From: a virus
Taxonomy: Duplodnaviria; Caudoviricetes
Length of the DNA stretch: 51,421 nucleotides
Strand: one strand, 5' to 3'
IMG/VR virus record: IMGVR_UViG_3300042994_000002
Coordinates: 1 to 51,421 of that record
Positions within the stretch are counted from its first letter, which is position 1, and every line of letters begins with the position of its first letter. Both the position numbers and the translations under genes were made by a program. The notes beneath the pieces were generated by a model, which worked only from the letters and a program-made list of their open reading frames with translations, ran no database searches and had not been told where the DNA came from. Shown piece after piece: positions 36,701 through 45,903 of this stretch.

Positions 36701-36969
36701 CGGAACTCCTCAACCTACCGCAGGGCTCGCAAGTCTTCGACACCAACCGCACGGCGAGAATGCTGGGCGCCGGTGGCCAGCAGGGCGGAGGCGTGGCTTC
36801 TGTCCGCGTCTTCGTCGACGAGGATGGCAACTGGCAGGCGAAGGTCGAAAGCATCTCCGAGGGCAAGGCGCAGAGCGTCAGCCGGCAGAACATCGCCGGG
36901 TACCAGAAGACCCAGGAACGGGGCGGGTTTGGCCGAGACCAGCAGACCTACATGAAACGTAAGGGTTGA
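33760..36969 (+). CDS. Tape measure protein with lysozyme/transglycosylase-like domain
   Basis: AQFQDIAV...QQGTQL TMP motif; IESGGNY...AYGAYQVM; VGERGPEL. Confidence 0.92.
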   Translation: MTVASLGFQIDSGPLAATSSELDKLTSSAARAEQAATKVSGAGTRMSRGFADLNPALDKIMGSLGRLEGITTRIDARLGAMAQAATRTAKANQVLDQSAIEASAAYKQLEASLNAVHAAQRKSDGAMASSLAMIEKQKDAIARLNAELQKLRTAPSPFPGSASGRPSAANNNGFASANVAAQFQDIAVTSAMGMNPLQIALQQGTQLSSVLSTMGSGRQVVGGLAAAFTSLVSPISLVTIGLTAAAAAAIQYFSTASADAKTVEDLLDKQAAAIARVRDLWGDATEEKNKYGRDSLSSVSFGLDTSIADLVKRLRDSNKPTTFGPGAIGEAITSAVGNNLGAAGMTARQFRETDLFKTLQIDLQALQKNTMEGGRGVLDLVENIERLGQVAPNSGLKQMAREAIEALEPFRALAIALRDAEAERRRLFNDLGPNRMLLSQGTTNRADSGNLALYESQQRIAAERNRQAFDARIYGIGARSPQERAEAARHSEAARYDNSETPAQRRVRIEQAGALALAQAERQLADAQRDRAMDLDKILQDQQTEIQLIGRTGGAAAALRKEYELTAALRLEAARQGIEVDQKELDLIHERTQALGQLIDQYSQSKFNFDMDRQTSDARLSPRDRQITTTLRQYGLPEDLSGPNAQRIGQQLDWQEAKDLARGFGAAFGNELVSGSHDLGKALLKGLQSSLENEANKLWEKFFDSIGNLFADWLTGARGGGSGSGAIGSVAAALGGRVAANSNLPGAVTGAAPVIPVTRAALGDIGTYAKAIQSIESGGNYGALGPLTRSGDRAYGAYQVMGSNIAPWSKETFGRAISAEEFLRNPSMQDQIFQHKFGGYVDRYGPAGAAQAWFGGPGSVGKGGAGADILGTTGSEYVSKFTSNVNKLTEATGSAAAGLDTFGSGVGKLGSTLSGAFPAAPAAGGGGGGLMSLFGGLFGNPLSISPQARLLAPLAGTGVGLFADGTNYAPGGMAIVGERGPELLNLPQGSQVFDTNRTARMLGAGGQQGGGVASVRVFVDEDGNWQAKVESISEGKAQSVSRQNIAGYQKTQERGGFGRDQQTYMKRKG

Positions 36970-36971
36970 GA

Positions 36972-37700
36972 ATGGGCCAGCTTGTCAATCAGCCGGAGTT
37001 TCCGGTCGACTTCATGCGCCCGACGAAGGCCAGCTTTGACCTCGTTGGTAGTGCAGTCGACGGCGGCGTGAACGGGGCTGGCCAGAGTATCAGCATCGAG
37101 ACATCTGGGGGTGGCATGTGGGTGGCCAACTACTCCCAGATGGTGCTGGAAGGACCAGATGAGCGCTACGAGGTGCTCAGCTGGCTCGGCGCTCGTCTCA
37201 ACGGCGGTTTCAACAACATCGTGGTGCCGCTGGTCAACGACAAGATCGGCCCGTTCCCGGTGATCAATGGCGCCATGCGGCCGATCATCAAGGGCATCCC
37301 TCACTCAGACGGGGCGCTCTTCTCTGACAGTTCTGGCTACTCGCAAGCCACCGTCTACGGCGAAGTGGTCGAGATGGTCAGCACCGGTGTGCTCAAGATC
37401 AGAGTGTTCGGCGGATCGCGCAAGGTGTTCCGCTGGTCGGACTTCTTCTCGATCTATCACCAGGCAAAAGGCTGGCGCCTTTACCGGTCCTGGGAGCTTA
37501 TCGACCAGACCGAGGAAGAGAACCCGGTATCAACTGTCGCGATTTCGCCCCCACTTCGAGAAGCGGTGCCAGTTGGCACGCGGGTTGAACTGGCGCGGCC
37601 GCGGTGCGTGATGAAGCTGCAGCGAGGCTCGACCGTCCCGTGGGAATATTCTGGCTGGTACTCATCCCGGCCTAGCGTGCAATTCACAGAGGCATTCTGA
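36972..37700 (+). CDS. Distal tail-type protein
   Basis: Position directly after TMP; PHSDGALFSDSSGY, F.EAF end. Confidence 0.7.
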   Translation: MGQLVNQPEFPVDFMRPTKASFDLVGSAVDGGVNGAGQSISIETSGGGMWVANYSQMVLEGPDERYEVLSWLGARLNGGFNNIVVPLVNDKIGPFPVINGAMRPIIKGIPHSDGALFSDSSGYSQATVYGEVVEMVSTGVLKIRVFGGSRKVFRWSDFFSIYHQAKGWRLYRSWELIDQTEEENPVSTVAISPPLREAVPVGTRVELARPRCVMKLQRGSTVPWEYSGWYSSRPSVQFTEAF

Positions 37701-38314
37701 TGGCTTATTCGGTGGACTATGTCCCCTCCTCAGTCATTGAGGCGCTCCGGACAGACAGTCAGCTGGCCATTTTCTTGCGTGTGGACACCGATCCGGTCCT
37801 GCATCTGTATTTCGGGATCAGCGACATCCCTCTCGGCATCGCCGGGGTGGATGGCGACGGCACGATCTACCATGGCGGGGGCCGCCTTAACGGCATTCCA
37901 TCACTGGAGGTGCTGGTGAACGGCACGTCTGATGCGGTGGACTTCACACTGTCCGGGATCGATCCGGACACGGGCGCTGAACTGATCCAGAGCATCCCGG
38001 CGGTTCGGGGCAAGCGTGTACAGTTGGGTATCACGACGCTCGACCAGTACTACCAGCCCATGAGCTCCATCATCCCCATCTGGTCAGGGACCGCTTCCCA
38101 CACCAAGGATGCAATGCCTCCAGGCCAGCAAGGAGAAACAAGGTCGGTCTCTCTGAGCCTTGCTGTCGTTTCTGGTGAGAACACGCGATCGCGGCCGTCT
38201 CGCTCGCTCTGGTCCGATGCAATGCAGCGCTCGCTTTACCCCACCGATGCCTTTTGCAGCCGCACTGGTGCTCTCGCCCGTGGTGTCCAGCCCAAATGGC
38301 CGATCTTCGACTAG
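37700..38314 (+). CDS. Tail hub/baseplate protein
   Basis: Position; DAMQRSLYPTD. Confidence 0.7.
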   Translation: MAYSVDYVPSSVIEALRTDSQLAIFLRVDTDPVLHLYFGISDIPLGIAGVDGDGTIYHGGGRLNGIPSLEVLVNGTSDAVDFTLSGIDPDTGAELIQSIPAVRGKRVQLGITTLDQYYQPMSSIIPIWSGTASHTKDAMPPGQQGETRSVSLSLAVVSGENTRSRPSRSLWSDAMQRSLYPTDAFCSRTGALARGVQPKWPIFD

Positions 38315-38333
38315 CGCTCCTGTCCGAGGCGTC

Positions 38334-38747
38334 ATGAACATTCACCAGTTCCTCAGGCGTCCGCACCGCTTCCGGTGGGGCGGGGTGGGCGGCGATGACT
38401 GCATGACCTTTCCGGCCACATGGGCGCAGGAATCCACGGGCGTCGATCCAGCCGCAGCGCTGCGCGGCACCTACCGCACTCGGGAGGAGGCGCACCGGAT
38501 CCTCGCGAGCTACGGCGGCGCTGAAGCCTTCATGGAACATCACCTGCTGGCGATCGGCGCGACGCGCACTGCGCATCCTGAAACAGGTGATATCGGGCTG
38601 ATTGTTGCAGTAACCGATGTCGCCGGTGCCATCGTGCGAACTGAGATCGGCGCCATCCGCTTCGGGCCCTTGTGGGCCTGCATACATCGCGCCGGGATCC
38701 ACGCTTCGCCGGCACAATTCATCGCTGCATGGAGACTGCCCGCATGA
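38334..38747 (+). CDS. NlpC/P60-like tail peptidase (DUF6950-like)
   Basis: FRWGG..DCMTFPATW, TGVDP, GDIG. Confidence 0.78.
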   Translation: MNIHQFLRRPHRFRWGGVGGDDCMTFPATWAQESTGVDPAAALRGTYRTREEAHRILASYGGAEAFMEHHLLAIGATRTAHPETGDIGLIVAVTDVAGAIVRTEIGAIRFGPLWACIHRAGIHASPAQFIAAWRLPA

Positions 38748-40939
38748 GCCTCAAGGCACACTACGAGAACGTGCCCAGCGATGCGCAGCACTATTTTCGC
38801 AACTATGGTCGAGACGACTTCCTCCGCAACACGACAGCGCATTACGACCCTGTATTCACGCCGCTCTTCACGTCACTGTTCGGGGCGAGCTTCGCTGCTA
38901 CCACTGCTGGCAGCCTGCTGATCGGGGGCCTCTCGGCCATCGCGACCGCGGCACTCTCCATCGGCATTCAGGCTCTCCTGGCACCGAGGCCGCCGAAGCC
39001 CGAAGATGGCAAAGTGCCGAAGGTTCAGTCTATCCCGTACCGTCAGTGGTGTGTGGGCCGCAATCGTCTGGCTGGCGCCTATATGCTGTGGGAGGCGCAA
39101 GGAAAGTGGCTTTACGCTGTCCAGGCCATTGCCGGACACCGCGTGAAGTCCTTCAACCGTTATTGGCTTCACGATGATGAGGTGACACTGCAGTCAAGCG
39201 GGCAAATCAACCCCGGCACCAACTACCTTATCAACGTCAACATCTACAACCGCGAGGGGCGTGTTCCGGAAACGCCTTACACAGACATCGTGTCTGCGAT
39301 CGACGATCCGGCTATCTGGAGCAACAGTCACCGCGGCGACGGGCAGGCCTCGGTCGCCATGGCTGTACGCGGCGATAAGGCCTCACGCCAGCAGAAGACG
39401 TTTCCCTATGGCCCGCCTCAGCTCTCAGTCGAGGTGGACGGTGCCCTCTGCTGGGATTTTCGTGATCCGGCGCAGAGCCCAACAGATCCCAGCACATGGA
39501 AGTGGACCCGCAACGCAGCCATCATCATGGCCTGGCATCAGTGTTTCAACGAGTTCGGGCATCGGCGCGAGTACACCCGCGCACTGCTCCCCGTGCTGGA
39601 CATGTGGAAAGAGGAGGCCGATGTCTGTGACGAACTGGTGCCGCTAAAGGGTGGTGGGTTTGAGCGCCGCTATGAGTGCAATGGCTTCGACACAACCGAG
39701 AACGACCCCAAGGCAGCCACCAACGCGATTCTGGCTTCATGCGATGGGTGGATCTGTGAACGCGGCGACGGCGCCTTGTTGTTCATCGCGGGCAAGTTCC
39801 GCGAGAAGTACGTCACGACGCTGACCGACGACGATATCGTTGGTCGGCAGATCGAGTATGATGTGCTTTTCGAGGACGAGTGTAACCGGCTTATCCCGAA
39901 GTTCTGCTACCCAGCGATTGGCTATGGCACATCGGACACGGACTTCTTTGAGGACACCGCCGCACAGATCACCGCTGGGCGTATCCTTGCCCAGGATGCG
40001 AACTACCAGTGGGTCCACCAGTGGAGGCAGGCGCGTCGTCTGGGAAAGCGAGACTGGCTGCGCCTGCAGGAGAAGATAACCGGCCAGATCAACGTCCGCC
40101 TCTCCGGCATCAACTCGATCTACAGCCGCTGGGTCCGCATCAACGCGCCCATCATGCTACCAAAGCTGAACGGCAAGATCGTCGAGAACCGGAAGTCAGT
40201 TCTCTCGCTTCTGCAGGGCGGCTTCACGATGGATATCATGAAGCACCCGGACAACATCGATGTGTGGGATCCGAACGTTGATGAAGGGCGGCAGCCGCCG
40301 GTGCCAGGACAGACACAGCCCGGCGTCATTCCCGTCCCCGTCATCAACCTGGTTCAGGCCAAGCCGAATGGCGAAAGCGTGTATGTCCGGGTGGTCATCA
40401 TCGATCCCGAAGATGACAGCCTGACGCCTGTCGTGAGGTATCGAGTAGCCAACGCGGGAAGCGGGACGGCGGGGGCGTGGGTGGAGCAGAGGTTCGAAGA
40501 TTATTCGACCAGCGGAGGCTATATCGATCTTGCAACGCAGATCGTGCCGTCGGGCAAACTGCTCGACATTCAAGCGGCCTTCATCGCATCAGACGATGAT
40601 TATGGCGCGTGGTCGGTCACGGCCGCTGTAACTTCAACCGTTGACACCGTCGCGCCAGGGGTCCCGACCGCGCTCACTGCGCCGAACTCGGTAACGACCG
40701 TGCCTGTGAGTGCCAAGGCAGCCAATGACAATACCCGCGCCTTGGTCTTCAAGCGCGGGACAACGTTGCAAAGCTTTGCCAGCGCAACCCTGATCGGCCG
40801 GTACTCTGTCGTTGCAAACCAGGTCATTTCGTTCAACGACACCCCAGGCGCCGGGACGTGGAAATACTGGTGCGGTGCCGAGAACATCTCAGGGGTCCCG
40901 TCAGCCACTCAGGCCTCGGTCACCACCACTGTCACCTAA
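38744..40939 (+). CDS. Tail tip / central tail fibre (host specificity) protein
   Basis: VGRNRLAG, DFRDPAQ...WKWTRN, ADVCDE; FN3-like C-terminus. Confidence 0.85.
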   Translation: MSLKAHYENVPSDAQHYFRNYGRDDFLRNTTAHYDPVFTPLFTSLFGASFAATTAGSLLIGGLSAIATAALSIGIQALLAPRPPKPEDGKVPKVQSIPYRQWCVGRNRLAGAYMLWEAQGKWLYAVQAIAGHRVKSFNRYWLHDDEVTLQSSGQINPGTNYLINVNIYNREGRVPETPYTDIVSAIDDPAIWSNSHRGDGQASVAMAVRGDKASRQQKTFPYGPPQLSVEVDGALCWDFRDPAQSPTDPSTWKWTRNAAIIMAWHQCFNEFGHRREYTRALLPVLDMWKEEADVCDELVPLKGGGFERRYECNGFDTTENDPKAATNAILASCDGWICERGDGALLFIAGKFREKYVTTLTDDDIVGRQIEYDVLFEDECNRLIPKFCYPAIGYGTSDTDFFEDTAAQITAGRILAQDANYQWVHQWRQARRLGKRDWLRLQEKITGQINVRLSGINSIYSRWVRINAPIMLPKLNGKIVENRKSVLSLLQGGFTMDIMKHPDNIDVWDPNVDEGRQPPVPGQTQPGVIPVPVINLVQAKPNGESVYVRVVIIDPEDDSLTPVVRYRVANAGSGTAGAWVEQRFEDYSTSGGYIDLATQIVPSGKLLDIQAAFIASDDDYGAWSVTAAVTSTVDTVAPGVPTALTAPNSVTTVPVSAKAANDNTRALVFKRGTTLQSFASATLIGRYSVVANQVISFNDTPGAGTWKYWCGAENISGVPSATQASVTTTVT

Positions 40940-40963
40940 CACACCGCTTAAGGAGCCATGCGA

Positions 40964-41755
40964 ATGGTGTTTGACCCGAACGCGCAGACCGTCTTCGAGG
41001 ACGGTCCGGCGGTTGCCCCAACCATGCCGAGGAAAAGCCTGATCCGGAAGCTGCTCACGCAGTACGAACAGATTATGAGCGCCTTCACCACGAACGGCGG
41101 GCTCGTGTTCTCGAGCAAGAGCGCAATGGATGCCGACCTCAACTATCCTGTAAACCGGATGGCCTGGGTGGTAGGCGACGCCACTCCGGCGAACAACGGC
41201 ATCTATCGCAAGACCGGCGGGGTAGGCTCCGGGGTCTGGACGAAACTCGCGGACCTCCCCTACAGCTTCATCGTTGCTACCGACAGCGGGGAGGGCACTC
41301 CAAACGCCATCAAGGCGGCTACTCCGGTGCCGGTCTCGTCTTCCGCTTTGGTGCTCCTGAACGTCAAGAATACCAACACCGGCTCTCCGGTCACGGTCTC
41401 GTTCAATGGTGGGCCGCCGCTGACCGTAAAGACCAATGGTGGGAACAATGTCGCCGCCGGCGGGCTGATCGCGGACATGGTTCTGGCAGGGCGAGCTGTG
41501 GGATCCGAATTTAGGCTCGTCAGTGACCAGGCCAGCGCCGCCATCATCGCCCAGGCTGAAGCGGTGCTCGCGAACATCGACTCGACCGTAGCAAGCGCGA
41601 CCGCCGCCCTGATGGACCAAGTAGAGGCAGTGCGGGACGAGGCGCAAGCTGCTGCTACGGAGGCCGCCATGTATGCCGAGATGGTTGGCGCCGCCGTCTA
41701 CGACTTCAACTTCGACACCGATCCTTCCACCCCCGGACTTGACTGGAACTCCTAA
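40964..41755 (+). CDS. Tail spike/fibre anchor-domain protein
   Basis: DGP...P.KS.IR...GDATPANNGIYRK N-terminal anchor pattern; coiled C-terminus. Confidence 0.72.
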   Translation: MVFDPNAQTVFEDGPAVAPTMPRKSLIRKLLTQYEQIMSAFTTNGGLVFSSKSAMDADLNYPVNRMAWVVGDATPANNGIYRKTGGVGSGVWTKLADLPYSFIVATDSGEGTPNAIKAATPVPVSSSALVLLNVKNTNTGSPVTVSFNGGPPLTVKTNGGNNVAAGGLIADMVLAGRAVGSEFRLVSDQASAAIIAQAEAVLANIDSTVASATAALMDQVEAVRDEAQAAATEAAMYAEMVGAAVYDFNFDTDPSTPGLDWNS

Positions 41756-42966
41756 TGGCTCGTCAACCTCGTAGACTTGCGCGCGTCGGCGCGACTGACA
41801 TCCCCAATGCAGCGGCGTTCGATACCTATGTGGGCCCCTCCGGCGAGCTGGTAGCGGATCATGCGCGTGGGATCCTCGCACTGCAGGACGGTGCGACCCC
41901 AGGTGGGAAACGATTCAACGCTGGTGTCGCGATCCCTTCCGGTGGCACCTCCGGACAAGTCTTGGCCAAGCTCAGCAATACCGACGGGCATGTGGGGTGG
42001 GTGAACCAGAGCGGCGGCGGTGGCGGCGGCGTCTCCGAGATCACGCTGCTCGATACCCGCTTCACCATGCTCATGACATCAAAGGCCGTCGGCTCGGTGC
42101 TGTTCGGCGGCGCTGGCGGCGAGGCCATCCACGATGGATTCATCACGCTTGACTATGTCGATGTGCCAGGCGCGACAAACCTGAACGCGGCCGAGCAGGG
42201 GAAGCTGAAGCCGGCCCGCGAAACCGAGACTTCGGCAGATCCGAACGCGACCAGCGGTATCGGGACACTGACGATGTTCAACCGCGGCATCTCCCTCGAC
42301 AATGGGAAGACCATCAAGACCATCGGCGTCTACTCGGGGACGGCAGGCCCGCTGACGCTCAAGATCGCCTTGCGAAACTCCACCACCAGCTACACGGTTG
42401 TGCTCTCCGAGGCGGTCACGCATCCGGGCACCGGTTGGGTGGACTTCGAACTCGATACTCCGTTCGATGTGCCCGCTAGCGGTACCTACCATATCGGCGT
42501 CCATGGCCCCAGTTCGAACTATCCCGTAGTGACCGGCCAGCCGCGCGCCTACGTCAGCGGTAATGCCGCCCTCGGGAACATCACAGTCAATGAGCAGAGC
42601 GCAGACAACACGTGGGCCGTGCGCGCTGGCTACGACACGCTGATGGACGCGACGGTTTCCAGCTACCCGATCGTGGCATCGGCCGTCCCGGCGACGCTTC
42701 GCGGTCTCTTCCTCCTGGAGAGCCCAGATGGCGCTGTGCTGAACACAGACGTGTTCCTTGATGTCTCCCGCAATGGAGGCGCCAACTGGTCGACGCCGAC
42801 GCTCTCTGTGCTTTACGAGCAGCCCGGCAACATCCTGGTGGTCAGCACCGGCGTGGTCGACGTATCCGGGCAGCCGTCCGGTAGCTCGATCATGTGGCGC
42901 TGGCGCACTGACAATGGCGTCGATGTCAAAATGAATGGCATCACGTTGTGGACTGGAGCCGCTTGA
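41755..42966 (+). CDS. Tail fibre / receptor-binding protein
   Basis: GPSGELVAD...LQDGATPGG (Mtd-N-like), PSGGTSGQVLAK. Confidence 0.75.
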   Translation: MARQPRRLARVGATDIPNAAAFDTYVGPSGELVADHARGILALQDGATPGGKRFNAGVAIPSGGTSGQVLAKLSNTDGHVGWVNQSGGGGGGVSEITLLDTRFTMLMTSKAVGSVLFGGAGGEAIHDGFITLDYVDVPGATNLNAAEQGKLKPARETETSADPNATSGIGTLTMFNRGISLDNGKTIKTIGVYSGTAGPLTLKIALRNSTTSYTVVLSEAVTHPGTGWVDFELDTPFDVPASGTYHIGVHGPSSNYPVVTGQPRAYVSGNAALGNITVNEQSADNTWAVRAGYDTLMDATVSSYPIVASAVPATLRGLFLLESPDGAVLNTDVFLDVSRNGGANWSTPTLSVLYEQPGNILVVSTGVVDVSGQPSGSSIMWRWRTDNGVDVKMNGITLWTGAA

Positions 42967-43727
42967 TGAGGCTTATCCCCAGAGATCCCCTGCCGCTGGA
43001 GCTGTTTGCCACCGGCGGCCAATCAAATATGTCGGGGAGCGGTTCGCTGAGCGAGCTACCCGGCTTCGAGTATGCCGGCCGCGTCCACAACTTCACCAAT
43101 GCGTGGACGTGGCAGAATCCGGCCGTGGAGCCGATCGACAGCTCGGCCGGCCAAATCGACACAGTCTCTCTCGATGCCGATCCTGGCACGAGCAGCAATC
43201 TCGCATTCGCTGACGAGATGGTGCGCCTGCGACAGCGCGATATCGGCCTCATCCCCTGTGCCAAGGGCAGCAGCTCGATCACGCAGTGGCAACCGGGCAG
43301 CCTGTCGCGCTCCACGCTCTACGGCTCCATGGTGGCCCGCTGCCTCGCGGCGGCCGCGCGCGGTGTGCTGAAGGGCATCCTCTTCTACAATGGTGAGGAG
43401 GACAGCCGCACCTCCGTCAATGCCAATGCATACGCGGCGAACTTCCTGAACTTCGCGAATGGCATCCGGACGGACCTCGGTATTCCGGACCTGCCGATCA
43501 TCGTAACGGAAGTCGGGCCCCTCGGCAGCGTCGAAGCGCCGAACCGGCCCTATTGGGCGACCGTGCAGGCGCAGCAGCGTAGCCTGGACGGCGTCAATGG
43601 CATCAGGTGCGTTTCCGCCACCGGCATGTCGACCAAGCCGGACGGCCTGCACCTTTCCACGATCAGTCATTGCGCCATGGGTCTTCGCTACGCTCGCGCA
43701 ATGAATGAGATGCTGAACGCTCTATAG
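42966..43727 (+). CDS. SASA-family (SGNH) carbohydrate O-acyl esterase
   Basis: GQSNM, CAKGSSSI, YNGEED, DGLH. Confidence 0.88.
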   Translation: MRLIPRDPLPLELFATGGQSNMSGSGSLSELPGFEYAGRVHNFTNAWTWQNPAVEPIDSSAGQIDTVSLDADPGTSSNLAFADEMVRLRQRDIGLIPCAKGSSSITQWQPGSLSRSTLYGSMVARCLAAAARGVLKGILFYNGEEDSRTSVNANAYAANFLNFANGIRTDLGIPDLPIIVTEVGPLGSVEAPNRPYWATVQAQQRSLDGVNGIRCVSATGMSTKPDGLHLSTISHCAMGLRYARAMNEMLNAL

Positions 43728-43760
43728 CGCAGCCTTTCGCTACCAACTGGAGAACCTTTC

Positions 43761-44651
43761 ATGCAGGTCATCGACCCGGCAAACGAGTTCGCGCGCTCGC
43801 TCAAAAAGGCGCTGGTGCATGAGGGCGGGTTCTCGGATCATCCGGACGATCCTGGCGGCGCCACCATGCGCGGGGTCACACAGCGCGTGTTCAGCGAGTG
43901 GCTGATCGCTCGCGGTCAGAAGCCACGCCATGTGAAGACAATCACGCTCGACGAGGTCACCGCGATCTACAAGCAGCGGTACTGGGATATCGCCAAGCTC
44001 GATAAGCTGCGGCCTGGTGTCTCCTACGTCGTCTTCGACGGCAACGTGAACTCGGGCGTGGCGCAGTCTGTGAAGTGGCTCCAGCGCGCGCTGCAGGCCA
44101 TGGGGCTCTACCGAGGCGCAATCGACGGCATTATAGGGCAGGGGACGCTGCTCGCGGCCTCTCAGGTCAATGACGATGATGAGCTGATCGCCCGCATCAT
44201 CGAGCGCCGTGAAGCATTCCTCCGTGCGCTGAAGACGTTCAGGACCTTCGGAAAGGGGTGGCTCCGCCGGATTCGCGATGTGAAGGCGGTCGGGCAGGCA
44301 TGGGCTTCCGGCTCTGTCGGGCCGGAGATCTCCTATGCGCCGGGTGGCGATGCCAAGGCGTATCTCTCCAGTGCCAAGGCTGCACCCACCATCGCCGTAG
44401 CGGATGCCTCGACCGGTGGAGGGATTGGCTCCGGCGGTCTAGCTGCCACCCTGGAGCAGGTTCAGAACCAGCTCGCTCCCTACAGCTACAGCAGCGAGTT
44501 GATCGGCAAGGTGGTGGCCGGTCTGGTCGTGGTGGGCGCGGTGCTCACGATCGGCGGCCTTGCCTATCGCTGGTATGCCAAACGGAAACGGGCCGAACGC
44601 GCGGATGCCCTGGATCTACAGGTGAGAACCGATGCTCAAGTTTCTGCCTGA
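43761..44651 (+). CDS. Endolysin, GH108 + PG-binding, with C-terminal TM segment
   Basis: HEGGFSDHPDDPGGATMRGVT, FDGNVNSG, DGIIG..T, FGKGWLRR. Confidence 0.92.
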   Translation: MQVIDPANEFARSLKKALVHEGGFSDHPDDPGGATMRGVTQRVFSEWLIARGQKPRHVKTITLDEVTAIYKQRYWDIAKLDKLRPGVSYVVFDGNVNSGVAQSVKWLQRALQAMGLYRGAIDGIIGQGTLLAASQVNDDDELIARIIERREAFLRALKTFRTFGKGWLRRIRDVKAVGQAWASGSVGPEISYAPGGDAKAYLSSAKAAPTIAVADASTGGGIGSGGLAATLEQVQNQLAPYSYSSELIGKVVAGLVVVGAVLTIGGLAYRWYAKRKRAERADALDLQVRTDAQVSA

Positions 44652-44931
44652 CTGGCTGCCGATGGCCGGCATCGCCCTCATTGCCCTCTCGCTCGGTGTG
44701 TTCCTCGGCTCTGCCGTCGGCACCATGAACGGGAGGGCCCTCGGCAAGGCCGAAGCGAAGGCCGAGGCCGCCGCAGAGGCCATCAAGCGCGTCACCGATA
44801 TGGAGAAGAACAATGCGACCTTCCGCAATCTTCCTGCTCGCGAGCGTTGTCGCCTGTTCATGCGCGATAGCGGGCTGCCAGTCGAAACCTGCGATCAACG
44901 GGAGCGGGTATCAGTACACCCACTTCAGTGA
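44632..44931 (+). CDS. i-spanin (Rz-like)
   Basis: N-terminal TM followed by a coiled-coil; after the endolysin. Confidence 0.65.
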   Translation: MLKFLPDWLPMAGIALIALSLGVFLGSAVGTMNGRALGKAEAKAEAAAEAIKRVTDMEKNNATFRNLPARERCRLFMRDSGLPVETCDQRERVSVHPLQ

Positions 44932-45031
44932 TCCGCAGGCTGCGCTTCTCGCGTCTCAAGACCCGACGGCCGGCCCGGCTATTGCCTCGAACAATCAGCA
45001 GTGCCGCGTGGACGCGGCCTGCCGCAAATGA
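44813..45031 (+). CDS. o-spanin lipoprotein (Rz1-like), overlapping the i-spanin
   Basis: Signal peptide with lipobox IAG-C; +1 frame overlap. Confidence 0.68.
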   Translation: MRPSAIFLLASVVACSCAIAGCQSKPAINGSGYQYTHFSDPQAALLASQDPTAGPAIASNNQQCRVDAACRK

Positions 45032-45067
45032 CGGCCGTCTACGGCAGAAACAAAGAAAGCTGGAAGA

Positions 45068-45370
45068 ATGGCGCCGGAAAGATTGGACCTGTTCGAGAGG
45101 GACCTGGCTGCTCATGCGAAGACCATCTCTGAATTCACGCTGATGCTGCGCGATCTTAACGATCGAACCGGGAAGCTCGAACAAGCGCAGGCTGTTCAGG
45201 CCGTTGAAGACCGCCTTCAGCGACAAATGCTTGATGAGAAGATGACGGGCATCACCCTGCGGATCGACGCGATCTACAGGCTAGGCTGGTGGCTGTTTAG
45301 CGCGGTCGCCACCAGCTCCATCGCCGTGATCGTCATGTTCGTTTTCAAGGGAGGCTTCATTGTCAAATAA
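45068..45370 (+). CDS. Coiled-coil membrane protein (possible holin/antiholin)
   Basis: C-terminal TM; lies in the lysis block. Confidence 0.55.
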   Translation: MAPERLDLFERDLAAHAKTISEFTLMLRDLNDRTGKLEQAQAVQAVEDRLQRQMLDEKMTGITLRIDAIYRLGWWLFSAVATSSIAVIVMFVFKGGFIVK

Positions 45371-45812
45371 GCAGCACCTTGCGGCGGCCATTGTTCGGAT
45401 CGTCTGCGCGTTCATCACGTTCGTCGCTCTGGTTTTCACACTCTACCGGATCGGGCCCTATTTAGAGACCCAGTATCTTCCAGTTGTGAGCAAGCTTGAG
45501 ATCCTGTCCGCTGTCCCGCGCAATGGCGGAATGCAGACCGAACTTAGGGCTGCCTTCCGCAAGACTCGCGATTGCGAATACATCGGCCTAGCGTGGTTCG
45601 TGGGCGATCGGCAAACGCAGTTCGATCGGGTATCCATCATCCTGATGCGGGATCAGGGCGACACATCGAGCCCGAGCCGCCCCCTCGGCTACCAGAAGGC
45701 AGGGCCTTGGCTTCTCAGCATCCCTCCTGATGATGTGAAAAAGCGTAGCTTTGCGCAGCTCTTCCACCGATGCCACCCGTTCTGGATGACTGTCACGGAG
45801 TTCTATCCGTAG
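45360..45812 (+). CDS. Hypothetical membrane-anchored protein
   Basis: N-terminal TM; K.RDCEY and HRCHPFW motifs. Confidence 0.7.
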   Translation: MSNKQHLAAAIVRIVCAFITFVALVFTLYRIGPYLETQYLPVVSKLEILSAVPRNGGMQTELRAAFRKTRDCEYIGLAWFVGDRQTQFDRVSIILMRDQGDTSSPSRPLGYQKAGPWLLSIPPDDVKKRSFAQLFHRCHPFWMTVTEFYP

Positions 45813-45903
45813 CCGTGGCGAAGTCCCCGCCAAGTAATGTTCACTTTACATCGTCGGCAAAAGACGACAAATCTTCCCCCTCATCTGCCAAGAGGTGTGG
45901 GTC

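Noticed and set aside
38744-43727. Diversity-generating retroelement or invertible tail-fibre cassette
   Set aside because: No reverse transcriptase, invertase, TR/VR pair or inverted repeats seen, despite the Mtd-N-like fibre.
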